A stretch of 19,448 nucleotides of DNA from assembly GCA_035290825.1 (NCBI GenBank), contig DATDTO010000075.1, positions 1 to 19,448 of the forward strand, given 5' to 3'. Source of the DNA: an archaeon (lineage in GTDB: Archaea > Aenigmatarchaeota > Aenigmatarchaeia > QMZP01 > JACQNV01). The translations under genes were made by a program, and so were the position numbers. The notes beneath the pieces are model-generated. The model was not told where the DNA came from. It ran no database searches and saw only the letters and a program-made list of their open reading frames with translations. Within the stretch, counting starts at the first letter, position 1. Every line of letters begins with the position of its first letter. This document shows positions 1 to 8,055 of the stretch, piece by piece.

Positions 1-1
1 C

Positions 2-547
2 AGACCAGTTGTAGAAGTCCGCGATTTCGAAACAAAGAAACCGGAATATGAAATATACAGCTACGGTGAAGAGAATGTCGTCATCCCTATATCAGGAACA
101 GTGGCAAAATCTGCGATAAAGGAACTGGCAAAGCAGGCAATTTTCCAGGAAATAAAGAGGTTTGACCATTCAGCAGATATTGAAGTGGTGTCAGACAATG
201 ACATAACTGTGCGCGTCAGGAATGACGTCATACCTGCTATAATCGGCAAAGGGGGTATGACTGTGGAAGCTTTGCAGAAAAAGCTCGGCCTCCACATAAA
301 CATCGAACCGAAGGAGAAAACACTCAAATCTCCTGTAAGTTTTTTATATGAGGAAACAGGTGGCCGCTTCAATCTGATGGTTGACCAAAACCTTGTCGGC
401 GAGCAGGTGGACGTATATTCAGGTGAAGAATTCCTGCTATCACCAATGGTTGGAAAGGAAGGCAAGATCAGCATAAAGAAGAACTCCGATCTAGGCAGGA
501 AGGTTTTGCAAGCTTTGGCCTCCAAGAGGCTGAGGATTGTGGGTTAG
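2..547 (+). CDS. KH-domain RNA-binding protein, 3' portion. The gene starts upstream of the window; the frame is open from nt 2.
   Basis: The frame of ORF 101..547 stays open back to the window edge. It contains a KH-type GXXG motif (VIPAIIGKGGMTVEALQKKLGLHINIE) preceded by a beta-rich segment. A PIN/KH ATPase C-terminus is one reading, but only the KH motif is directly seen. Confidence 0.55.
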   Translation, partial: RPVVEVRDFETKKPEYEIYSYGEENVVIPISGTVAKSAIKELAKQAIFQEIKRFDHSADIEVVSDNDITVRVRNDVIPAIIGKGGMTVEALQKKLGLHINIEPKEKTLKSPVSFLYEETGGRFNLMVDQNLVGEQVDVYSGEEFLLSPMVGKEGKISIKKNSDLGRKVLQALASKRLRIVG

Positions 548-658
548 ATAACCAAAACAACCAAATATCATGCTACCCAAAACCATAGCAAACCCTTTCA
601 AACACCACTTAATTACTTAAATGTTCTAGTCAATACTTAATAGAGGGCTGCTGTCTTT

Positions 659-2398
659 ATGGGTTTTCTGAAGATTTTTGAGAAAAGTTCCAAAGGTAAT
701 GCTAGGCGGGCATATGAGCAGGAGCTGGCCTTAACAGAGAGAAAAGCGGAAACATGCCTCAAAAAAGGCGATTATTTGTGCGCAGCCACCGCATACCAGC
801 TGCTGGCAAAGATTGCAGAGGAAATGGACGACTTAGACAACGCAATAATTTTTTATAAAAAAGCTGTCCAGTACAGCGAAGCTGATCATAGGGTATTCAA
901 TATAGCCTGGATTTACCGTCTAATAGGAAATATATTATTTAAGCAGAAAAAGTATAGGGAAGCGATAGAGGCTGCAGCAAAGTCAGCTGAATATTTTATA
1001 AAATCGGGGAGCATCTACGCTGCACAGTGGTCTTACAACCTAGCTGCGCGGTCTTCTGAAGCCAAAAACGATGTTTATTCAGCCATAAGATTCTATAAAA
1101 AATCTCTCCAACTAGCCGACGATCCTGAAGTAAAGGCAGAAGTTGACAGGTTAAGGAAGGCCTCGCCGCATCCAATGGTATTGGAGCTGACTGATAAAAA
1201 ACAGTTAAAGGAGGGCCAGCAGGCAGAGTTCAAAATAGTTGTTGAAAACAACAGCATGGAGCCGATAAGGAAAGTGCGGTTGGTGAACAAGGATGAAACC
1301 GTGCTCGAAGAAATCAATGATTTGAAGCCGTATGAGGAGAAATATTTTTCCTACAAAGTCACTGGCCGCGTTGGTGTGCTAAAACCAAGCTACAGGAAGG
1401 TCTTATGGGAGAATGGAATTGGAGATATTTTTGAGGAGGAAATAGACCCAACTGAGGTAAGGATAGTCCCAAATGTTGAGGTAATAACATCAATAAACCC
1501 AGAGGCCCGGTTGAGCAGGCCATCTGATTTCATAATTCTGGTAAAAAACAAGTCAAGCTCTAAAATAAGGAAGGTTGGCATCTCAGCAAACTTCCCAGAT
1601 AGCCTGAAAGTCACACCGCTAACGAAAACAAGTTTCGAGGCTGTTGGCCCTGGGGAAGAAAAGGGCGCTGTGTTTGCTGTAACACCGCTCCTTGTAGGTG
1701 AAACAAAAATAACAAACATAACGATCAAGTACAAGGACGAGTTTGGGGTTAATTATGAGGAAAAGGTCGAGCCGTTTTTGGTTGAGGAAATAATCAAGGA
1801 GCCTGAAGTAAAGAAAAGCTACAAACAGATAACCAGCGAGCTTGGAAAAACAGGGGTAGAGTACTTGAAAATGATGGAGAACAGAAGGAGTGAAATCGAT
1901 GTGAACCCGCATCCAATTTCCCAAGAAGAGTTTGTGCGGTTGACAAAGACTTATCCATCTGCGCAGAGGGGTTATGTACTTAACCACACATCAGTTGAGC
2001 ATGTTGCTGCCCACATAGTCGATGCATGCAGTGCGATGACCTTGTTAAGCACGCACAAGTTTGAGAAAGAGCAGCTGTTTTTGTTTTCCGGAGTTAATCT
2101 TGATACAGTATACTTGCTCACTGTTGCTGTGAAAGAGGACGGTGGTCCGATAACAATCCTGTTCAAAGCTTACTCAAACAAAAAAGAGGCGCTGGATAAA
2201 TTCATCACCGCTTGCTCAGACCTTGTCGAATACACAATCATGGTGATGACTTCAGCAAAGGAAGTTGAGAAAATCGAGGTCAACCAAGTTGTTAAGATAA
2301 TCGATTCCATCATCCAGCGCTCGAACATCGGCGCTGACATAGCCAAAAACAAGGAGACTGTGGTCAAGGATTCTGTGGTCCAAAGGGCGCAGATTTAG
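659..2398 (+). CDS. Hypothetical 579-aa multidomain protein: N-terminal TPR-like helical repeats, two ~100-aa beta-sandwich (CARDB/DUF11-like) repeats, and a C-terminal alpha/beta domain reminiscent of roadblock/LC7.
   Basis: Long ORF with an ATG start. TPR-like helical repeats (AIIFYKKAVQYSE..., SAIRFYKKSLQLADD). Two similar segments (LELTDKKQLKEGQQAEFKIVVEN... / EVITSINPEARLSRPSDFIILVKN...KITNITIKY). The C-terminal 180 aa have alternating hydrophobic beta/alpha periodicity. No signal peptide. Confidence 0.7.
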   Translation: MGFLKIFEKSSKGNARRAYEQELALTERKAETCLKKGDYLCAATAYQLLAKIAEEMDDLDNAIIFYKKAVQYSEADHRVFNIAWIYRLIGNILFKQKKYREAIEAAAKSAEYFIKSGSIYAAQWSYNLAARSSEAKNDVYSAIRFYKKSLQLADDPEVKAEVDRLRKASPHPMVLELTDKKQLKEGQQAEFKIVVENNSMEPIRKVRLVNKDETVLEEINDLKPYEEKYFSYKVTGRVGVLKPSYRKVLWENGIGDIFEEEIDPTEVRIVPNVEVITSINPEARLSRPSDFIILVKNKSSSKIRKVGISANFPDSLKVTPLTKTSFEAVGPGEEKGAVFAVTPLLVGETKITNITIKYKDEFGVNYEEKVEPFLVEEIIKEPEVKKSYKQITSELGKTGVEYLKMMENRRSEIDVNPHPISQEEFVRLTKTYPSAQRGYVLNHTSVEHVAAHIVDACSAMTLLSTHKFEKEQLFLFSGVNLDTVYLLTVAVKEDGGPITILFKAYSNKKEALDKFITACSDLVEYTIMVMTSAKEVEKIEVNQVVKIIDSIIQRSNIGADIAKNKETVVKDSVVQRAQI

Positions 2399-2439
2399 CA
2401 TATCTTAACGCTTAAAAGCCTTGTGGGGTAATATAAAAC

Positions 2440-3312
2440 ATGACGAGAAAATGGGGGAAACCGGATAATGTGATTGCTGAGAGGTTTTGGAAAGACCAGA
2501 TTCCGGGTTTCTTCAAGAAAGAGCTGATTTTGGAGGGGTTTGAGGTTGGGGTCGCGAAAAAATACAATACGATTGTTGATGTTTTCAAGGCCGGCCGCCA
2601 CAACATAAAGGAGGATTTCACTGAAGTTATTTTGATTGACACAAAGCCAAAGGTTTTGAAGAAGGTTGTTGAGGGTTTGCTCACAGCAGATGACAATGAA
2701 GTTTCCTGTGATTTGGAAATAAGGTTTAGTGTTTTCAACCCAGAAAACCTTGTCGCAAACCTTTTGTCTAGCAGGCCAGTGCTGACTTTAGATAACATAT
2801 TTGATGAGCTAAACAGCAGCCTGATTGCACGCGTCCTTGAACCAACTGTGAAAGAAACAAATATAGAGGACCTTCAGGGGAACAGGGAAGTGATTGATGA
2901 GATACAGGTGTCCTTCGAAGTCGAACTGAAAAAACTCCTTGAAATGTGGGGCATTGAATTGCTGAACTTAAGCCTGTTGTGGGTGTTGCCTGATAATTAC
3001 AAACAATATCTGAAATCAAGCAGCATGCGCGGTCTTGTCTCAAAAACAAAGGAAAAAGAGTATGAGGAAGATTTAAAAGGCGCGGCGAGGGAAAGGTCAA
3101 TATCAAAAATAAAGGGCAGGAAACCAGACAGCGAGCCAACAACAGAGGAGACAAAATCAAAGCTGGAGAAGGAATCGCTGGAAAAGGAGACACAATTACA
3201 GATTAGAAAAATGGAATCTGCTCAGGATGCAGAAGAGGCCTTGGATGCGTTGAAGCTGAAGCAGATCATGAAAAAACAGAAAGGCAAAAAAGAAGAGGGC
3301 GAGGAAGAGTAG
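2440..3312 (+). CDS. SPFH/band-7 (stomatin/flotillin-like) domain protein with a charged coiled-coil C-terminus. No N-terminal membrane anchor.
   Basis: ATG preceded by GGGGT. The core resembles SPFH domains (EIRFSVFNPENLVANLL ... LLEMWGIELLNLSL, cf. the stomatin WGI motif), followed by a K/E-rich coiled coil (EKESLEKETQLQIRKMESAQDAEEALDALKLKQ). Family assignment is by eye only. Confidence 0.65.
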   Translation: MTRKWGKPDNVIAERFWKDQIPGFFKKELILEGFEVGVAKKYNTIVDVFKAGRHNIKEDFTEVILIDTKPKVLKKVVEGLLTADDNEVSCDLEIRFSVFNPENLVANLLSSRPVLTLDNIFDELNSSLIARVLEPTVKETNIEDLQGNREVIDEIQVSFEVELKKLLEMWGIELLNLSLLWVLPDNYKQYLKSSSMRGLVSKTKEKEYEEDLKGAARERSISKIKGRKPDSEPTTEETKSKLEKESLEKETQLQIRKMESAQDAEEALDALKLKQIMKKQKGKKEEGEEE

Positions 3313-3313
3313 T

Positions 3314-3673
3314 ATGGTATATGCAGAACAATTGATAAAGTCAAATGGAGGCAGATACAAACCAGGTGCTAACATGATTTTTGGAGACAGGACAATAGTG
3401 GGCGAACAGTTGAATGTTGATGGAATATCAATTTCTGGCCGGACATTTAGACCCGGTGATTTGGTGATCGAGCTTTCCAGGGAACCTAGTGGGATCATGC
3501 TGTATGTGAATGTAGCTGATACGAATGTGTTTGAACAGGGGCCGTTTGCAGATGAGCCTGCCGGGCTTGAAGCATATGGAGAATTCAAGAGGCGCGCAAG
3601 AAGCTCGAGAATGGAAATAAGTGATGATAAACTAAATATAATGCCAAAAGAAGAGAAGACTGAAGAGGGATAG
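3314..3673 (+). CDS. Hypothetical small beta-rich protein (possibly an OB/PRC-barrel-like partner of the SPFH protein).
   Basis: ATG lies 2 nt after the upstream stop, indicating translational coupling. 119 aa, no TM segment. Confidence 0.55.
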   Translation: MVYAEQLIKSNGGRYKPGANMIFGDRTIVGEQLNVDGISISGRTFRPGDLVIELSREPSGIMLYVNVADTNVFEQGPFADEPAGLEAYGEFKRRARSSRMEISDDKLNIMPKEEKTEEG

Positions 3674-3678
3674 GATTT

Positions 3679-4176
3679 ATGAGCGATTGGGATCTTGTTG
3701 TGAAGAGGAATGCTTTGGATGTGGCAAGGCAAGCCAAGCTTCTCGGTGTTTATGATTACTCTGTGAAAAGGTCGAAGGACACAGATGTGGCTTTTAGGAA
3801 TTACATTTCAAATAGCCTGAAAAAAGTGAAGGAGGAAATGACAAGGGTGATGGAGATCGCTCACAAGGAAAGGGACGAGATTAAGCAAACAGTAAAGCGT
3901 GTGAGGGATGACATAGATTTGGCTGCCGGCGACATCAACATTGCGGAATATTGGAAGTTTCCAGAGGGCGCATCTTCGCTGGAAAAAATTGTAAAGCTTG
4001 ATTTGAAAATAATGTCAAGTGTGGAGGGCGCGAAAAACTTCGCAGCTAACCTATATTCGCAGTTAGTGAATTCCCAGCCTGTGGATGTTGAAAAGAAGGC
4101 AGAACAGATAAAAAGGCTGGTAAATGATGTCAGGGTTTGTGTGATCGATAGGAGGGAGCTGATTAAGGCGAGATAA
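3679..4176 (+). CDS. Hypothetical alpha-helical/coiled-coil protein, 165 aa.
   Basis: ATG 6 nt after the previous stop, with a GAGGGA RBS-like motif. Helical heptad-rich sequence. Third gene of the 2440-4176 operon. Confidence 0.55.
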   Translation: MSDWDLVVKRNALDVARQAKLLGVYDYSVKRSKDTDVAFRNYISNSLKKVKEEMTRVMEIAHKERDEIKQTVKRVRDDIDLAAGDINIAEYWKFPEGASSLEKIVKLDLKIMSSVEGAKNFAANLYSQLVNSQPVDVEKKAEQIKRLVNDVRVCVIDRRELIKAR

Positions 4177-4218
4177 CCAGTGAAGTAAATATAAGGGAGG
4201 TGTCGGAAAAGAAAGACC

Positions 4219-4240
4219 GAAGTTGACTGCAGTCAACTTC
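4219..4240. promoter_or_regulatory. 22-bp perfect palindrome GAAGTTGACTGCAGTCAACTTC between two operons. It could be a hairpin terminator for the upstream operon or an operator for a dimeric regulator.
   Basis: The reverse complement equals itself. It sits in the 84-nt gap between the stop at 4176 and the ATG at 4261. Confidence 0.4.
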
Positions 4241-4260
4241 CAACTAAGAGAGGTTCTAAC

Positions 4261-5256
4261 ATGACAAACGAAAAAGACAATGAGATTGAATTGTTGCGAA
4301 GGGTTTTGAAAGATGATTTAGCCAGAAGGGAGAGGGATGCGCAGGAAAGGATACGGGACATCCTTGCGAAAAAAAATGTTGATTTCTGTTCTAGGTGCAA
4401 TAGGAAGGTGGATGACAGGCTTGAGTGGGGCGGGAAATGTTTAGGGAAGAATTGTGAAAACATCCTGTGCGACAATTGTTGGGTCGTTGAGAAAAAAAGA
4501 TTCTGCAAAAACCATAAATCACAGTTCGAGACAAAAAGCAAGAGTGAGGCTGAGGCGAAGAAAAAGGTGTTTTTCAGCAAGCCAGAGGAAAGCCAACCAG
4601 TTATCCAGGAAAAGGAAGAGGTCGTCAAGGAGAAAGTTGAAGCCCTTGTCAGTGGTTATATTGATTTTGTGAAGGAGAGGCTTGTCCAAAACTTGCCAAA
4701 CTGGACGCCTGAGGAGTGGGTGGAGACACCAGTCCTAGAAACAGAAGTGAAGAATTTTGAGCTGAAAAGCAAAGTTTACAAGAAAGGCTTTTTGAGCAAG
4801 AAATTGAAGCTGCAGGTTTTTGTGGTGCCTTTGTACGATGTGACAAGGGAAAACATTGAATTTGTGTTTTCAAACCTGAAAACCGAGACATACAGCCTGA
4901 TAGTTTTTGTCGGCCACAAATTGAATTCAGACACTCTGGAATTTGTCACCGCTGCAAACAACCCAAATTCATCCCTAATGATTACAGAACCTAAAAACGG
5001 GCTTTTCTACACAGATAAAAAGCCAATAACAAAGCTCTATGCCGCTTTCTTGGATTCCACAAAAACCCCGAAAAAACTTGCCGATATATTCAAGGCGTTG
5101 GCAGAAAAAGTCTCTGACCGCGAAGTCATCACAATTGGAAAGGTGTCAGCTGAGTTCGGCTTTTCAGAATATGAGACCACGCGCCTTTTAGACAGCTGCA
5201 AATTCTTGGGCAAGGTGGAAGGGACGGATTCCTATTTTTTCAAGCTGAGGTGGTAA
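4261..5256 (+). CDS. Hypothetical zinc-ribbon protein: N-terminal coiled coil, a Cys-rich C4-C4/H module, and a C-terminal alpha/beta domain with a winged-helix-like tail.
   Basis: CSRCNRKVDDRLEWGGKCLGKNCENILCDNCWVVEKKRFCKNH gives eight Cys/His ligands. C-terminal ...VITIGKVSAEFGFSEYETTRLLDSCKFLGKVEG. Confidence 0.6.
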   Translation: MTNEKDNEIELLRRVLKDDLARRERDAQERIRDILAKKNVDFCSRCNRKVDDRLEWGGKCLGKNCENILCDNCWVVEKKRFCKNHKSQFETKSKSEAEAKKKVFFSKPEESQPVIQEKEEVVKEKVEALVSGYIDFVKERLVQNLPNWTPEEWVETPVLETEVKNFELKSKVYKKGFLSKKLKLQVFVVPLYDVTRENIEFVFSNLKTETYSLIVFVGHKLNSDTLEFVTAANNPNSSLMITEPKNGLFYTDKKPITKLYAAFLDSTKTPKKLADIFKALAEKVSDREVITIGKVSAEFGFSEYETTRLLDSCKFLGKVEGTDSYFFKLRW

Positions 5257-5266
5257 TTGAAAGTTT

Positions 5267-5806
5267 ATGAGAGATCAACCAACGGGAGATGTCCACTTTG
5301 GAACAAAAGGCGCAAGTACGCCTTGGAAAGGCACAGTAAAACTTTTAGCTGGATATGCTGTTGCCAGTATTTTTTTGTGGGGTCCAAACATAGCAAGCTT
5401 GGTTCACCGATTTTATAGAGGAATACCATTCGGTCCAGCTGTTTCAGCAGATTATAATGGGGATGGAAAACAAGATTTTGTATATATTGATGAAAATGGC
5501 TCTCGTAATACAGAATGCACTTTTTTTTACTTGGACGGAAATGATGTTACTCATGGAGAAGACGGTGTATACAGGATGCATAATCTTGCAAGCCCAATAA
5601 ACGGTTATTCGATAGCTGACAGAAGTTATTCTATGATAGCTTCAGATGTTGACAATGACGGTGATATGGATCTTATGGTAATTGACAGAAGGTTATTAGA
5701 AATGGATTCTGGACTGGCAACAAAAAAATATGATGTTCTGGAAAACGATGGTAGTGGGAATCTTAAATTTTCTCAAGAATTATCCAAGCCGTCCAGAAAA
5801 AGTTAA
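5267..5806 (+). CDS. Membrane-anchored protein with FG-GAP/VCBS-like Asp-rich repeats.
   Basis: One hydrophobic helix (LLAGYAVASIFLWGPNIASLV), followed by DYNGDGKQDFVYID and DVDNDGDMDLMVID calcium-binding-type repeats. Visibly AT-rich relative to its neighbours. Confidence 0.55.
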   Translation: MRDQPTGDVHFGTKGASTPWKGTVKLLAGYAVASIFLWGPNIASLVHRFYRGIPFGPAVSADYNGDGKQDFVYIDENGSRNTECTFFYLDGNDVTHGEDGVYRMHNLASPINGYSIADRSYSMIASDVDNDGDMDLMVIDRRLLEMDSGLATKKYDVLENDGSGNLKFSQELSKPSRKS

Positions 5807-5810
5807 AGAC

Positions 5811-6623
5811 TTATTTCTCAAACCCTTCAATAAAACCCAAAGCTAGCTTCCCAATATCCTCGGAGTATCCACCTTCAAGGACAAAGAATGTTGGTAAGTT
5901 TGATTTTCTAATTGCCTGACCAATCTTTTTGTACGATTCTTCTTTCAGTAGAAAGTTTCCAATCCTGTCTTGGCAATATGTATCAAAACCAATAGACACG
6001 GCCAATGTTTCTGGTTTGAATTTGGATATTTCTTGAATACACTTTTGTAAATACTTTAGATACGTGTCTTCTTTTGTTCCAGAAGGCAAAGGAAAATTGA
6101 AACAATTCTTTTCAGAAACATGTCCAGTTCCAGGATATTGTGGGCTTTCATGAATTGACAAATACAAAACATCTTTACGCCCTAGAAATATATCTTGTGT
6201 CCCGTTGCCGTGGTGTATGTCTATATCCAATATGGCTGTTTTCTTGCCAGTTTTTGCAACTGCAATAGCAATATTGTTGAAATAACAAAACCCACCAAGA
6301 AAATGTTTGCCTGCATGATGTCCTGGCGGCCTGCAAATAGAGAACCCATTTATTTTTGCAGCTTCAATAGCAGCGCCTGCTGCCAGTAAAGGATATTTAA
6401 TATCAATAACAGGCGTCTCCTCCTCCCAATACTTTCCAGACTTAACTCGCTCAAAGTGCTCTTTTGTATGAACTAGAAGAATATCTTTCTCGTTTGCTGG
6501 TTTTGGCCTGACAAGATGGAATCCAGAAGACTTTAATTCCTGGGAAACTGCCTCAGACCTATAAGGCCCTTCAACATGGTTTTTGCTGTATTCCAAACAA
6601 ATCGGATCGTATACAACTTTCAT
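5811..6623 (-). CDS. Histone deacetylase / acetoin-utilisation (AcuC) / acetylpolyamine amidohydrolase family enzyme, compact 270-aa form.
   Basis: Arginase-deacetylase fold motifs: RPPGHHAGKHFLGGFCYFNNIAIA, DIDIHHGNGTQDIF, SIGFDT, LEGGY. Confidence 0.85.
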   Translation of the reverse strand: MKVVYDPICLEYSKNHVEGPYRSEAVSQELKSSGFHLVRPKPANEKDILLVHTKEHFERVKSGKYWEEETPVIDIKYPLLAAGAAIEAAKINGFSICRPPGHHAGKHFLGGFCYFNNIAIAVAKTGKKTAILDIDIHHGNGTQDIFLGRKDVLYLSIHESPQYPGTGHVSEKNCFNFPLPSGTKEDTYLKYLQKCIQEISKFKPETLAVSIGFDTYCQDRIGNFLLKEESYKKIGQAIRKSNLPTFFVLEGGYSEDIGKLALGFIEGFEK

Positions 6624-6713
6624 ATACTGTCAATATTCATATATAGTAACCTACTAATAATATCCTATGCAAGCACCTTTTTAGGAAAAAGCTGCACCAA
6701 AAAAACGATTCAT

Positions 6714-8003
6714 ATGTTAGATGTAAAACTGCTCAGGGAAAACCCAAACCTGGTTAAAGACAACCTGAAGAAGAGGGGGGATCTGGAAAAGATAAAATGG
6801 GTAGACGAATTTCTGGATTTAGACAAGAGGTATAGGGCAACGTTAAAGAGGTTGGATGACCTAAGGCACCAAAAAAATGTGGTCACATCCAACATAGCCG
6901 AGCTGAAGAAGAAGGGTGGTGAAACAACCACTGAGCTAAGCGAAATGAAGGAAGTTTCTGGAAACCTTTACCAGTTGGAAACAGAAGTCAGGACATTTGG
7001 CGACAGGATACACCAGATATTGCTAAAGCTGCCAAACCTGCTCCACGAAAGCGTGCCGATCGGCAAGGACGATAATGACAATCCTGTGATAAAGAAGATT
7101 GGCAAGCCGCCAAAACAAAAGGAGTGGATGAAAAACCATTTCGATGTTTTACTTAACCTCAACCTTATAGACCAGGAGCGTGCGAACAAGGTCGCAGGCC
7201 ATGGGTTTTTCTATTTGAAAGGCGATCTAGTTTTGTTAGATTTGGCATTGATGAGGTATGCAATTGATTTTCTGGGCAGAGACTTTACTCTGGTCGAGCC
7301 ACCGTTCATGCTTACAAGAAAACCATATGAAGGTGTCACAGAACTGGAGGCTTTCAAGGATGTGCTGTACAAGGTTGAGAACGAGGATTTGCATATGATC
7401 GCAACCTCTGAGCACCCAATCGCTGCGATGTTCATGGACGAGACTTTGTTGTTAGAAAAACTTCCAATAAAAATGGTAGGTATCTCACCTTGTTTCAGGA
7501 AAGAGGTCGGCGCACACGGGAAATACACAAAAGGCCTTTTCAGGATGCACCACTTCAATAAGATCGAGCAGTTTGTTTTCTGCCATCCAGACCAGTCTTG
7601 GGACATACATGAGGAGCTGCAGAAAAATGTTGAAAGTTTTTTCAAGAGTTTGGAAATCCCAATAAATGTCGTTAACGTCTGCACAGGCGACATCGGCAGC
7701 ATAGCTGCAAAAAAATATGATACAAATGCATGGATGGCTGACGGTGTTTTCAGGGAGGTTGTCTCCAACTCCAACTGCACAGATTACCAAGCAAGAAGGC
7801 TTAACATAAAGTTTAGGGAAAAAGAAGGCGCCCCCCCTGCTGGTTTTGTCCACACATTGAACAGCACTTTGGTGGCCACATCCCGAGCAATGGTCTCCCT
7901 AATAGAAAACCACCAACAAGAAGACGGGACAGTCAAAATCCCCAAAATTTTGCACCCTTATATGAGCGGTGTCAAGGAATTGACGCCTGATAGCAAGGTT
8001 TAA
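6714..8003 (+). CDS. serS: Seryl-tRNA synthetase.
   Basis: N-terminal coiled-coil arm starting MLDVKLLRENPNLVKDNLKKRG, then class II core (GHGFFYLKGDLVLLDLALMRYAIDF, EPPFM). The ORF-track start at 6576 is a spurious 5' extension overlapping the divergent HDAC gene. I chose the ATG at 6714. Confidence 0.9.
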   Translation: MLDVKLLRENPNLVKDNLKKRGDLEKIKWVDEFLDLDKRYRATLKRLDDLRHQKNVVTSNIAELKKKGGETTTELSEMKEVSGNLYQLETEVRTFGDRIHQILLKLPNLLHESVPIGKDDNDNPVIKKIGKPPKQKEWMKNHFDVLLNLNLIDQERANKVAGHGFFYLKGDLVLLDLALMRYAIDFLGRDFTLVEPPFMLTRKPYEGVTELEAFKDVLYKVENEDLHMIATSEHPIAAMFMDETLLLEKLPIKMVGISPCFRKEVGAHGKYTKGLFRMHHFNKIEQFVFCHPDQSWDIHEELQKNVESFFKSLEIPINVVNVCTGDIGSIAAKKYDTNAWMADGVFREVVSNSNCTDYQARRLNIKFREKEGAPPAGFVHTLNSTLVATSRAMVSLIENHQQEDGTVKIPKILHPYMSGVKELTPDSKV

Positions 8004-8055
8004 TTGTCGAACCAGAAAACCATGCATTTAAAACTATCTGACCTAATTCTCTAAG

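Noticed and set aside
3196-3732. Minus-strand 178-aa ORF and the other antisense ORFs (1093..1317, 1390..1734, 1619..1987, 2412..2798, 2768..3193, 4233..4628, 7211..7780, 8592..9248, 10528..10962, 11148..11488, 14042..14500, 14526..14930, 16143..16400 and similar)
   Set aside because: All lie antisense within, or out of frame with, confidently assigned genes. They have Ser/Leu/Phe-rich shadow-frame composition and no motifs.
4454-4672. Lys/Arg-rich +-strand ORF (72 aa) overlapping the zinc-ribbon gene in another frame
   Set aside because: It is an artefact of the A-rich coding sequence of the genuine frame (AAA/AAG runs). It has no start context.
6576-6713. 5' extension of the serS ORF in the track (MVFAVFQTNRIVYNFHILSIFIY...)
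   Set aside because: Low-complexity hydrophobic translation overlapping the divergent HDAC gene start and promoter region. SerRS homology begins exactly at the ATG at 6714 (MLDVKLLREN...).
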